A stretch of DNA of 64,000 bases from an uncultured Chloroflexia bacterium (lineage in GTDB: Bacteria; Chloroflexota; Limnocylindria; Limnocylindrales; CSP1-4). A program made the translations under genes and the position numbers. Below are positions 11,210 to 22,014 of the stretch, piece by piece. The notes below the pieces were generated by a model, which had not been told where the DNA came from, searched no databases, and saw only the letters and a program-made list of their open reading frames with translations. Location of the stretch: positions 231,440 through 295,439 of the forward strand of contig CAVYIM010000009.1 of NCBI GenBank assembly GCA_963768655.1. Direction: 5' to 3'. Numbering within the stretch: position 1 is the stretch's first letter; each line of letters begins with the position of its first letter.

Positions 11210-11772
11210 GGGACCCGCTCCCGCGCCTCGGCATCGAGGGTCGCGCGCAGGGCACGCAGCGCGTAGTGGAGCCGGCTCTTCACGGTGCCCGGCCTCTCGC
11301 CGGTCCGGGCGGCGATGTCGTCGAGCGAGTAGTCGCCGACGTAGCGCAGGGCAACCACGATGCGGTGCTTCGGCGATAGCGCCTGCATCGCCCGCTCCAG
11401 GGCATCGGTGCGCGCGAGGGCCTCGGCGTGGTCGGGTGCCGCGCCGGGGATCGGATCGGCGAAGGCAATCGGACGGATCCGGCGCTCGCCAAGCCGATCA
11501 CGGCACGTGTTCACCAGGATCCGAGTGAACCAGGCGTCGAAGGAGGCGAGATCGCGCAGGTCGCCGAAGTGCTCCCAGGCCCGCAGGACTGCGTCGCTTA
11601 CCGCGTCCTCGGCCTCTGATCGATCCCCGCTAAAGATGAACGTGGCGAGGCGGTAGGCCCCATCGAGGCGGGCATCCGCGAGGCGCGCGAAGTCCACGGC
11701 CGGGTCACCGCCGGCGGCATCGCGGTCTCGGACGCCCATGCCTTGAGTCCCCCACGTGGTGATCCCGTCCAT
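11206..11772 (-). CDS. ECF RNA polymerase sigma-70 factor (start uncertain)
   Basis: Region 2 EAEDAVSDAVLRAW...FDAWFTRILVN; region 4 YSLDDIAARTGERPGTVKSRLHYAL. Confidence 0.92.
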   Translation of the reverse strand: MDGITTWGTQGMGVRDRDAAGGDPAVDFARLADARLDGAYRLATFIFSGDRSEAEDAVSDAVLRAWEHFGDLRDLASFDAWFTRILVNTCRDRLGERRIRPIAFADPIPGAAPDHAEALARTDALERAMQALSPKHRIVVALRYVGDYSLDDIAARTGERPGTVKSRLHYALRALRATLDAEARERVP

Positions 11773-12013
11773 CGTGCCCGACAAGACTGCCACGGATGTC
11801 CGAAGGTTCAATCTTCCCAAATGCCCGCGCGACCGCCTCTACAGTCCAGGCTGTGGGCTCGTGTTGCTGCACTCGGCCGGTCGCTGGCTAGCTTGTCATC
11901 TTTGCCTCACGTCCTCCCTCCCCGACCAAACAGACCTTGACGGCCGCGGCCACCGACGGCATCGTCTCCATGGGGCCGATCCGTCACCTGGCTCCGTGCG
12001 GGAGGGAAAAGCG

Positions 12014-12277
12014 ATGCCTTCGAGTCAACCAAACGGTGCTCCGGAGCAGGACGGCGTTGCTCCGACCGAGCCTCGCGAGGCCGGCGACCGGCGTCCGGCC
12101 GATCCGGAGACCGACCGCGCGCTGGCCTTGCAGCCCACCTTTGGCACTCTCCGACGCCGCCGAGCCGGCCCGACAGGACCGGGCGCCTCGTCCCGGCCGC
12201 TGATCCTGCATCCGATCATCGCCGTCGTCGTGGCCATCGTGGCCATTGTCGCCGCGCTGCTCCTCACCGGTCGCTGA
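12014..12277 (+). CDS. Small hypothetical protein with C-terminal TM helix
   Basis: GGAGGG RBS before ATG; ends IIAVVVAIVAIVAALLLTGR. Confidence 0.55.
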   Translation: MPSSQPNGAPEQDGVAPTEPREAGDRRPADPETDRALALQPTFGTLRRRRAGPTGPGASSRPLILHPIIAVVVAIVAIVAALLLTGR

Positions 12278-12382
12278 TCGAGCCCCGGAGCCAGGCCGCG
12301 AGGTCGTTCATGGCGCCGCGGCTCGGCCTAAGCTAGTCGGGCGTCCGCCCCACGTTGCCCGCCAGCCAGTACCGCCGGAGAG

Positions 12383-13693
<1,311 letters not shown>

Positions 13694-13769
13694 CGCGAAC
13701 CGGCCGACCGCGGATCGGGGGCCGGGCCGGGACGGGGCGCGGTCGCGAGCTCGGGTCGGTGGGCGTCCC

Positions 13770-15827
13770 TCAGCGCGAGCGGCGGCGCGGGGTCATCTGC
13801 GCAACGTGCGCGTCCGCCCGCCTGGTAAGCCCGTTGTCGGGGCCCAGCGTGCGGCGGAACACCTCGGCTACATAGCGGGCCTGGTTCCGGCCCGCGACCT
13901 TGCGTCCCAGCGCCGCCATGGCGTCGGCGTCGTGGCGCAGGACCTCGAGCGTGTCCGGATCCGCAGGGCCGGGGAACTTGCGGAGCAGAGCGAGCGCATC
14001 GGCATAGCGAGCCCGGGCGCCCGCCGGATCGCCCAGCTTGAGCAGGACGTCGCCGATGTGAGCGTACATGTCCGCCACCTTACGGTCTCGAGGGCCGAGG
14101 TTGCGGAGGTACGCGTCCAGAACTGTCTGGTACATGGCGCGGGCGGCATCGAGCTGGCCCAGCTTCTCCATCACCATGCTCAGGTTGTGGCCCAGGTGAA
14201 GCGTTCGAGGATCGTCCGGTCCGGCCGTGTCACGGCTCTCGGCATGGATCGGGCCGTAGGGTCCGGCGATGCGCTCATAAACGGCTCGAGCGGCCCTCTG
14301 CTCGTCCAGCTTCTCGTGCGTTTCGGCCAGCCAGAGCAGGCACTCGAGCGTGCGCTCGCTCCTGGGCCCCTTGTTTCGTTCGTAGGCGTTGGCCAGCTCC
14401 TGCCAGCGGGCGCGGGCCTTCTCCAGCTCGCCGACCTTGCCCAGCTCCCAGGCGTAGGCCTCCAGGGCCGTCAGGGCATCGTCCCCCTCGGGGCCCACGA
14501 TCCCGACCTGCGTTTCGTACAGGACGCGGTAGGCCTCAAGGGCGGCGGCGTGCGATTCCGCGCGCGCCAGGACGCGGGCAAGGCCCGTGAGAGCCCAGAT
14601 CGTGTCGGGCGCCTCGGGACCGAGGGTCACAAGCCGCCCTTCGGCGAGCTCGCGGTAGCGGGCCGCGGAGTTGGTCAGGTCACCGAGCTGCTCGAGGTTC
14701 CAGGCCAGATCGCCCAGGACCCATTGCGTGGCCACGTGGTCCTGGCCCAGAACCCGCCGCCGCGCTTCCAGCAGCTGCTCGTCGAGCTTGCGCGCCCGGA
14801 CATGCTCGCCGCAACGGCCGAGTGAGTCGGCGAGACCGGCCAGGGCGTCGAGCGTGGCGGTCTCCTCGGGGCCGACCTTGCGCCGCAGACGGCGGTACAG
14901 GTCTTCGTAGACCTGCGCGGCGGCGGCCGGGTCGCCGACGCGGAGCAGCAGCCGGCCGTGCTGGCCGCGGGCGGCGAGGGTCGCCGGGTTGTCCGGCCCC
15001 AGCGTGGAGATCGTGGCGGCGAGAGTCTGCTCCGAAAGCGCACGGCCCGACGTGCTGTGGCCCGCCCCCACCTGCGCCCGCGCCAGGCTGAGCATCGCCT
15101 CGAGAGTATCGGGGTGGGTCGCCCCCAGGAGGCGGCGGCTGCGCTCGACGCGCTCGGCGAGCACTTCGCTGGCGCGGGCGTAGTCCTCGATCGAGATCAG
15201 GATGCTGCCCAGGTTCGCCAGCGTGCGGATGACGGCCAGGCTGTCCGGGCCCAGCGTCTTGCGCTGCACCTCCAGGAGGGCCTCGAAGGTTCCACGTGCC
15301 GAGAGGTCGTCGGCGACGGCTCGTTGCGTCAGGCCCAGGTTGTGCAGGGCGCTGAGGGTGGCCGGATCCTCGGGGCCGAGCGAGTTGCGGCGGCCCGCGA
15401 CCACGCGTTCGTAGATCGGGCGGGCCTCCTCGGGTCTGTCCAGATACGAGAGGGCCACGGCCAGGCCGTGAGCCGCGGAGAGAGTATCGAGGTGGCGCGG
15501 TCCGAAGACACGATCGCAGCGCTCCAGCAGGATGGTGTACTGGTCACGGGCGGTCGAGTAGTCGTCGAGCTCGAGCCCGATAGCCGCGACTCGAGCTTCG
15601 GCCTCGAGCGTCGCCGGGTGCTCGGGACCGAGGAGCTTGCGGCGCGCATCCATGACCTGACGGCAAAGCGAACGCTTGACTCGCAGGTCCGGGAACCCTT
15701 CCAGAAGGACGTCCAGATCCTGTAGAGCCGCAAGGCCGGAGACAGACGGGACGTCCGAAGTGTCGGCGCCCGATGAGCCGCGATCCATCGACAGAGCAGA
15801 TTCTCCCGCCTGAGCCCCCGTGGCCAC
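13770..15827 (-). CDS. Tetratricopeptide repeat protein (kinesin-light-chain-like TPR; start uncertain)
   Basis: Many ~42-aa repeats containing LGPEHPATL / LGPDNPATL / LGPEAPDT motifs. Confidence 0.88.
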   Translation of the reverse strand: MATGAQAGESALSMDRGSSGADTSDVPSVSGLAALQDLDVLLEGFPDLRVKRSLCRQVMDARRKLLGPEHPATLEAEARVAAIGLELDDYSTARDQYTILLERCDRVFGPRHLDTLSAAHGLAVALSYLDRPEEARPIYERVVAGRRNSLGPEDPATLSALHNLGLTQRAVADDLSARGTFEALLEVQRKTLGPDSLAVIRTLANLGSILISIEDYARASEVLAERVERSRRLLGATHPDTLEAMLSLARAQVGAGHSTSGRALSEQTLAATISTLGPDNPATLAARGQHGRLLLRVGDPAAAAQVYEDLYRRLRRKVGPEETATLDALAGLADSLGRCGEHVRARKLDEQLLEARRRVLGQDHVATQWVLGDLAWNLEQLGDLTNSAARYRELAEGRLVTLGPEAPDTIWALTGLARVLARAESHAAALEAYRVLYETQVGIVGPEGDDALTALEAYAWELGKVGELEKARARWQELANAYERNKGPRSERTLECLLWLAETHEKLDEQRAARAVYERIAGPYGPIHAESRDTAGPDDPRTLHLGHNLSMVMEKLGQLDAARAMYQTVLDAYLRNLGPRDRKVADMYAHIGDVLLKLGDPAGARARYADALALLRKFPGPADPDTLEVLRHDADAMAALGRKVAGRNQARYVAEVFRRTLGPDNGLTRRADAHVAQMTPRRRSR

Positions 15828-15914
15828 TCATGATGCCAGGTTCGGCAGAGTTCGAGGGCGCGGCGGTTACGATAACGGAGCGCCCCGAATGGTGCCGTGG
15901 CACCTCGTCGAACG

Positions 15915-16070
15915 CCGGGAGATCGCCTTCAAGTCGGTCGAAATCGAGATTCCTGGTCGGCCTGGGCGTGGACGAGCTGTCGGCGGACGCTGCGTCGCCG
16001 GACGGGATCCGGGCGGCGCTTGCGGGAGTTGCGTCTGCGGAGCTGCGCGGTCTGGCGACCCGGGCTCATG
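15915..16070 (+). pseudogene. Remnant of PTS enzyme I (PtsI/PtsP) C-terminus
   Basis: LVGLGVDELSADAASPDGIRAALAGVASAELRGLATRA resembles the LxGLGxDELS end of PEP-protein phosphotransferases; no upstream domains present. Confidence 0.55.
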
Positions 16071-16113
16071 ATCGCGGCGGAACTGACTGCGCGCGGTCAG
16101 GCGCGCCTGCCCT

Positions 16114-16614
16114 CTACGCAGCGCCGGACATTCCGCCGGGGCTTGCAACCGTGCGCAGCGAGATCGCCAGCTCGCGGTTCACCAGCAACGTGCGGAACCA
16201 CTGCGAAACGGGCTCGCTGCAGAACTCGTACTCGAGCACCGCGTCCGTGATCGCGACCATGGCGGGCCTGCGGTCGAAGCTGCGGACCGGGTTCGCCGTC
16301 GGCGGGGCGTGCATGAAGCCTTCGGCACAGTAGGGGCCGAGCTTGACGGTCACGCCGTTCGGCTTGGTCGCGAGGCGTCGCTTGGGGTCGCCGCGAGGGC
16401 CGCTGGCCACGACGATGTCGAGCTCGTCACGGGAGATATCGAGCTTGTCGAATTCCTGGGTGTGGCCGTCCAGCGTGCTCACCAGGGTGACGTCGTGGAC
16501 GGTGATGGTCTTGCGGCGGTTGAGCAGGTCGGCCAGGCGCGAGTCCTCGAGGTCCACGCGTCCTTCGACGCGACAGTCCTCGGAAAAACCTACGAAGTCG
16601 ATGTCCGTTCCCAT
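16114..16614 (-). CDS. Hypothetical protein
   Basis: Protein-like ORF MGTDIDFVGFSEDCRVEGRV...FRTLLVNRE with GC3 bias; no family recognised. Confidence 0.7.
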   Translation of the reverse strand: MGTDIDFVGFSEDCRVEGRVDLEDSRLADLLNRRKTITVHDVTLVSTLDGHTQEFDKLDISRDELDIVVASGPRGDPKRRLATKPNGVTVKLGPYCAEGFMHAPPTANPVRSFDRRPAMVAITDAVLEYEFCSEPVSQWFRTLLVNRELAISLRTVASPGGMSGAA

Positions 16615-16831
16615 CTCGTCCCCTGATGATTGCTGGGGCATTGAAATGAATTTCCTACGGGTGGGATCGGACGAGTAGTCCCGATGAAGATACGCCGAAC
16701 GGGGAGGTACTCCGTCCGCAGCCCGCAGGATGAAACGCGGCCCGTCAGATGGGACGGACGGGGCCGGCGGCCCGCGTCGGGCCGACTGCGGATGTGGGAG
16801 CCGGACCCCGCCGCGGAGCCGCGCCTTCGGG

Positions 16832-17506
16832 TTACGGCCTCGGGTCAGCGCGACCCGCCGGCGCCTGGCCCGCGCTCGGTCCAGGCTTGCCCGAGGGGCC
16901 AACTCGCCTCTCCTGGCCGGAGAGCAGACGCTGGATGTTGTCGATGTGGAAGAGCCAGATGAGCCCCGGGACGCCGACGCCGTAGACGAAGTAGATCGGT
17001 GGCAGGGGGGCGACCGCGGTCCAGACGACCATGGCGATGCCGCCGATCAGCGTTGCGGTGAGCGACCCCAGTGACGAGATACGCGTGACCGCGATCACGA
17101 TCACGAAGACGGGGAAGATGATCGCCAGAATGACCGGCGCGATGATCAGGGCGCCCCCGGTGGCCGGCGCCACGCCGCGGCCGCCGTGGAAGCCGATGAA
17201 CGGCGAGCGACTGTGGCCGACGACGGCGGCCAGCGCGGCCGCGACCTGCGCCACCTGGTCGCCGCCGATGGCGATTACGAAGAGAACGGCGACGACTGCC
17301 TTGGCCACGTCGAGCAGTCCGGAGATGGCGGCCCAGCGGAAGCCGACCGCGCGCGACACGTTGGCGCCGCCGGTGCGGCCGCTACCCACGGTGCGCGGAT
17401 CGGGCCCGCCGATCAACCGCGGAACGATGATGCCGAAAGGAATGCCCCCAAGGAGATAGCCGGCGACCAGGGCGACGGCCACCCGGACGAGGTCGATGGT
17501 CTGCAT
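16832..17506 (-). CDS. plsY: Glycerol-3-phosphate acyltransferase
   Basis: GYLLGGIPFG, DPRTVGSGRTGGANV, GHSRSPFIGFHGGRGVA, HIDNIQRLLSGQE motifs. Confidence 0.93.
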   Translation of the reverse strand: MQTIDLVRVAVALVAGYLLGGIPFGIIVPRLIGGPDPRTVGSGRTGGANVSRAVGFRWAAISGLLDVAKAVVAVLFVIAIGGDQVAQVAAALAAVVGHSRSPFIGFHGGRGVAPATGGALIIAPVILAIIFPVFVIVIAVTRISSLGSLTATLIGGIAMVVWTAVAPLPPIYFVYGVGVPGLIWLFHIDNIQRLLSGQERRVGPSGKPGPSAGQAPAGRADPRP

Positions 17507-17552
17507 CGCCGCGAAGTATAGGGCGGCGAGTTGATGCCGAATTGGGTCGCCG

Positions 17553-18632
17553 CTAGCCGGCGCCTTCCTCCAGCTCGGCCAGGAAGCGCTCCGGGTTGTG
17601 GCGCAGCCACAACCGGCGGTCCGGGTGAGCGGCCACGTCCTCGACGAGATCCGCGAGGCGGGCGTTCACCGGCGTTGCGACCCCGATCTGTAGCCCGAAG
17701 CGAGCGACCGCGCCGTGCATCCAGGCCACTTCCGTCTGCTCGGGCGACGGCCCCTCGCCGGCCATCTGGACGTGGAGCCGCAGCGAGGGCAGTTTGCCGG
17801 CGCGCGCCCCACCCACGATTCGTCGCAGGATCGGGCGGCCCAGCCAGGACGGAAGCCTGACGGCGCGAGCCAGCCACGGGACGGCCGCGCCGGGCAGCCT
17901 GACCGGCCTGAGCCCGAGCGCGGTCATCACCGCCATTGTCTCCAGGAGCTGCCGCCGCTCGACCTCGAACAGCCGCTTGTCGGCGTAGATCGCGGCCGGA
18001 TCCATGTCGAGGATCGCCCCGGTGGCGTTGGCGATCAGGTTGGTCAGCAGCTTCGACCACTTCATCGCCTTCGCGTCGGACAGTTCCGCGGTGCGCAGGC
18101 CCGCGGGCGCGAAGTCGGCCAGCAGCGGCGCAATGAGCGGTTCCGCCGCAGGATTGGCTGCGGCCAGTGCGATCCCGCCGCGCCCGAGCCAGACGACCTC
18201 GTCCTCCGATACGAGGCGGATCGGGGCAGTCATCGAGCCGGCGATCTGCGGCGCCGACGGCCGGATCTCCGTGGCGGTCTCCTCTGCGCCGATGCCGTTC
18301 TCGACGGTCAGGGTTGGCACGTCCGGCCAGGCCAGCGTGGGCGCCAGCGCCTCGCGCAGGACGGGCATCTTCACCGCCACCAGGATCAGGTCCGGGCGGG
18401 TCGCGTCCTCCGTCCGCATGACCCGATGGACCGGCACGACCGCGCGCGTGCCGTCCGGCCGAACCAGCGTCACCGGCCGCTCCGACGGCCCCTCGAAGAT
18501 TTGGACGAGGGTGACGTCGTAGCCGGCGCTGCCCAGCAGCGTCCCGAGGAACGACCCGACGGCTCCCGCGCCCACGACCAGAACTCGTCGGGGGTTCCTG
18601 CTGTCGCAGTCCGATGGGGGCGCGGTCGGCAT
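17553..18632 (-). CDS. panE: Ketopantoate reductase (PanE/ApbA family)
   Basis: Rossmann VVGAGAVG, ILVAVK, ENGIG, KWSKLLTN, VATPVN. Confidence 0.82.
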   Translation of the reverse strand: MPTAPPSDCDSRNPRRVLVVGAGAVGSFLGTLLGSAGYDVTLVQIFEGPSERPVTLVRPDGTRAVVPVHRVMRTEDATRPDLILVAVKMPVLREALAPTLAWPDVPTLTVENGIGAEETATEIRPSAPQIAGSMTAPIRLVSEDEVVWLGRGGIALAAANPAAEPLIAPLLADFAPAGLRTAELSDAKAMKWSKLLTNLIANATGAILDMDPAAIYADKRLFEVERRQLLETMAVMTALGLRPVRLPGAAVPWLARAVRLPSWLGRPILRRIVGGARAGKLPSLRLHVQMAGEGPSPEQTEVAWMHGAVARFGLQIGVATPVNARLADLVEDVAAHPDRRLWLRHNPERFLAELEEGAG

Positions 18633-18834
18633 CTCGGCACCTGTTGATCGAGGGTCGGTCGGTCGCCTGCTAGCCTAGCCGGACGGACCCGGCCGTGCCG
18701 GGTCCTGCGTCGCCGCGAGCGCGCCACCAGTCTGCCGAGGACGATTGCCAACACCCGCGCAGCGGCGCGCCTCGATTGCGCCCGCCAGCCGGGCCACTCT
18801 GGACTGCTACCCGATCAGGCGGCAGGATTAGCCC

Positions 18835-20304
18835 ATGAAGACTCGTCAAGCGCTTCTGTCCATCGTCGTTGCCGTCATCGTCGCCGGCTGTGGTTCGACG
18901 ACGCCCTCGCCGACCGGGCCGGTCGCCACTCCGACGCCCACCGCCGGGGCCAGCGCCACGCCTCTAGTCGGGCCCAGCCTCACACTGGCGGCTACGCCCT
19001 CTGCCGCCATTCCTACACCCTCGACCGCCACGCCCTCTGCGACCCCGGCGGCGCAAGCCGCGGCCGACTGGCCGGTCTACCACCTCGATGCCCAGCGCAC
19101 CGGCTTCGTTACCGGCTTCCCGGCTACGAGCGGCACGCTGACCAAGGTCTGGTCGGCGGCGCTCGACGGTGCCGTCTACGCCGAGCCTCTCGTCATCGGC
19201 GGGCACATCCTCGCCGTGACCGAGAACGACACCGCCTACTCCCTGGATCCCAAGACCGGCGCCATCCTCTGGCACACGCATCTCGGCACGCCGGTCCGTT
19301 TGTCCACGCTCCCGTGCGGGGACATCGATCCGCTCGGGATCACCGGCACGCCCGCCTACGACGCCGCGACCGGATCGGTCTTCATGGTCGCCGAGGAAGC
19401 CGGGCCGCATCACATTCTCTACGCCCTTGATGCCTCGACCGGCGCCGTTCGGTGGTCGCGCAACGTCGATCTGTCCGGCGATAGCCCGATCACCCATCAG
19501 CAGCGGCCCGCTCTCGCCGTCGTCAACGGCTACGTGTACATCGGCTTCGGCGGACTGGCCGGCGACTGCGGCCAGTACAAGGGCGAAGTCGTAGGCGTGC
19601 CGACCAGAGGCACGGGCAGCACCATCTCGTACCGCGTTCCGGTTGCGCGCGAAGGCGCTGTCTGGGCGACCGGCGGACCGGTGATCGACAGTTCCGGCAA
19701 CCTCTACGTCTCGACCGGCAACGGCAGCTCGACGACCAGCTACGACGGCAGCGACTCCGTCATCGAGCTTTCGCCGACGCTCAAGATGATCGGCCGGTTC
19801 GCTCCGTCGACCTGGGCCTACGACAACGCCCACGACCTGGACCTCGGTTCCACGAACCCGGTGCTCGTGCCCGGTGGGTGGGTGTTCCAGGTCGGGAAGA
19901 GCGGTACCGGATACGTGATGCACCAGGGGGCACTGGGCGGAATCGGTGGACAGGTGTCCAGCGCCTCGGTCTGCGGGGCGTACGGCGGAATGGCTCAGGA
20001 CGGCTCCACGATCTACGTGCCCTGCCGGACCGCGATCCGTCAGGTCACGATCGGCTCCGACGGCAAGCTCACCGTGGGCTGGGAGTCGAAGAGCGGGGTG
20101 GGCGGCGGACCGGCCGTGATCGGCGGCGGAGCCGTCTGGAGCGCCAACTGGTCCAACAACCACCTGTATGCGCTCGACCCGGCCACCGGCGCCGCGCTGG
20201 CCAGCATCTCAGTCGGCACGCTGCCCCACTTCGCCTCCCCGACGCTGTGGGGCGGGCAGGTTCTGATCGGGACGATGAGCGGCGTACTGGCGATCGCGCC
20301 GTAG
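18835..20304 (+). CDS. Lipoprotein with PQQ-like beta-propeller repeats
   Basis: Lipobox IVAGC, Pro/Thr linker, repeated Y(A/S)LDxxTGAxxW motifs. Confidence 0.85.
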   Translation: MKTRQALLSIVVAVIVAGCGSTTPSPTGPVATPTPTAGASATPLVGPSLTLAATPSAAIPTPSTATPSATPAAQAAADWPVYHLDAQRTGFVTGFPATSGTLTKVWSAALDGAVYAEPLVIGGHILAVTENDTAYSLDPKTGAILWHTHLGTPVRLSTLPCGDIDPLGITGTPAYDAATGSVFMVAEEAGPHHILYALDASTGAVRWSRNVDLSGDSPITHQQRPALAVVNGYVYIGFGGLAGDCGQYKGEVVGVPTRGTGSTISYRVPVAREGAVWATGGPVIDSSGNLYVSTGNGSSTTSYDGSDSVIELSPTLKMIGRFAPSTWAYDNAHDLDLGSTNPVLVPGGWVFQVGKSGTGYVMHQGALGGIGGQVSSASVCGAYGGMAQDGSTIYVPCRTAIRQVTIGSDGKLTVGWESKSGVGGGPAVIGGGAVWSANWSNNHLYALDPATGAALASISVGTLPHFASPTLWGGQVLIGTMSGVLAIAP

Positions 20305-20342
20305 GCCGGCGACAGACGCGGCGCGACGGGAGGAGTGGCTCG

Positions 20343-20870
20343 ATGGCTCGACTGACAGAGGCGGACGTGCTGGAGTACCGCCGGCCCGTGCTCGACCTGC
20401 TTGCGGACGACGATCCGCTCGACGTCCAGGCGGCCGAAGTGGCGGCCTGGCGCGAGCTGATCGATCGGGCCGACGGCGACCTCCGAACCAGGCCGGCGGC
20501 CGGCGAGTGGTCTGTCATCGAATGCCTCGGCCATATGGCCGACTCGGAGCTGGTGACGTCGGCCCGCTACCGCTGGGTCCTGGCCGAAGACGAGCCGCCG
20601 TTGCAGAGCTGGGATCAAGAGGCCTGGGCCGCTCGCTTCGACCACACCCACGACGACCCGGCGACGCTCCTCGATCTGTTCGCCGCCCTCCGCCACGCCA
20701 ACGTTGCGCTGTGGCAGCGCACTCCGGCCGCCGATCGCGCTCGATCCGGCATCCACGCCGAACGTGGCCCGGAATCAATGGACCTGCTGTTCCGCCTGCA
20801 GGCCGGCCACGGCCGGCTACACCGCGCCCAGGCCGAACGGGCGCTGGCGGAGGCGCGGCGCAGCCGGTAG
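20343..20870 (+). CDS. DinB/YfiT-family protein
   Basis: EWSVIECLGHMADSE, HAERGPES, AGHGRLHRAQ metal-binding His pattern. Confidence 0.88.
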   Translation: MARLTEADVLEYRRPVLDLLADDDPLDVQAAEVAAWRELIDRADGDLRTRPAAGEWSVIECLGHMADSELVTSARYRWVLAEDEPPLQSWDQEAWAARFDHTHDDPATLLDLFAALRHANVALWQRTPAADRARSGIHAERGPESMDLLFRLQAGHGRLHRAQAERALAEARRSR

Positions 20871-20872
20871 CC

Positions 20873-22014
20873 CTAGTGTCCCGTTGCGCAACTAGCTGAC
20901 TACGTATGGCGCTGGCAGCTACGATTGCGCCATGGCACAACTTCCTGCTCCAGCACTGGCGCTCTCGGAAGCCGACCGCGCAGCCCTGAGGGCGATCGCT
21001 CGCGCGTCGACGAGTCAGCAGCGAGCGGTGACGCGGGCGCGCATCCTCCTTCGGGCGGCCGACGGCATGGCCAACGAACACATCGCGGCCGAGCTCCACG
21101 TCAGTCCGACGACCGTGAAGCTGTGGCGGCGTCGGTATGGTGCCTCGGGCCTTGCCGGTCTGGCCGACGGGCATCGCAGCGGACGTCCGGCTCGCTACAC
21201 CCGAGAGGATCGAGATCGGGTGATCGCCCTGACCCTTGAGCCTCCGCCCGACGGGGTGACGCACTGGAGCGTTCGGCGTCTGGCGGCCCGGCTCACGATG
21301 AGCGAGACGACGGTTTGGCGAATCTGGCGGGAGGCCGGCGTCAAGCCGCATCGGACGGAAACGTTCAAGTTCTCGACCGATCCAGAGCTACAGGCCAAGG
21401 TCCGCGACGTCGTCGGGCTCTATCTGGACCCGCCCGACGGAGCCATCGTGCTCTCTATCGACGAGAAGACCCAGATCCAGGCCCTCGATCGAACAGCGCC
21501 GATGCTGCCGATGAAGCCCGGCCAGATCGAGCGCCACACCCACGACTACAAACGACACGGAACGACCTGCCTGTTCGCGGCCCTCGAGGTCGGCACCGGC
21601 GCGGTCACCGGCCAGACTCGTGCCCGTCACCGAGGCGAGGACTTCCTCGCGTTCCTGCGCCAGGTCGAGGCCGCCTATCCAGAGGGCGAGCTCCACGTTG
21701 TCCTCGACAACGTCAGCACCCACAAGACCCCCGCGGTTCGAGAGTGGCTCGCCGATCGGCCCCGGATCACATTTCACTTCACGCCCACATCCGCATCCTG
21801 GATGAACCAGGTCGAGACGTGGTTCGGCATCCTCTCCCGTCAGGCCATCCGGCGCGGCAGCTTCGGGAGCGTGAAGGAACTCATCGCCAAGATCCGCGCC
21901 TTCATCGACAGCTGGAATGCCGGTTCGACGCCCTTTGTCTGGGTCAAGACTGCCGACGAGATCCTCGCCAAAGCCGTTCGGAAGTCCTCAGCGACTTCCG
22001 AATCGGGACACTAG
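20873..22014. mobile_element. IS630-family insertion sequence with imperfect terminal inverted repeats at a CTAG/TA target
   Basis: Left CTAGTGTCCCGTTGCGCAACTAGCTGA vs right (reverse complement) CTAGTGTCCCGATTCGGAAGTCGCTGA, 22/27 identical; CTAG at both ends. Confidence 0.93.
20932..22014 (+). CDS. IS630 transposase
   Basis: N-terminal HTH; DDE motifs SIDEKTQIQAL, VVLDNVSTHK, SWMNQVETWF. Confidence 0.96.
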   Translation: MAQLPAPALALSEADRAALRAIARASTSQQRAVTRARILLRAADGMANEHIAAELHVSPTTVKLWRRRYGASGLAGLADGHRSGRPARYTREDRDRVIALTLEPPPDGVTHWSVRRLAARLTMSETTVWRIWREAGVKPHRTETFKFSTDPELQAKVRDVVGLYLDPPDGAIVLSIDEKTQIQALDRTAPMLPMKPGQIERHTHDYKRHGTTCLFAALEVGTGAVTGQTRARHRGEDFLAFLRQVEAAYPEGELHVVLDNVSTHKTPAVREWLADRPRITFHFTPTSASWMNQVETWFGILSRQAIRRGSFGSVKELIAKIRAFIDSWNAGSTPFVWVKTADEILAKAVRKSSATSESGH

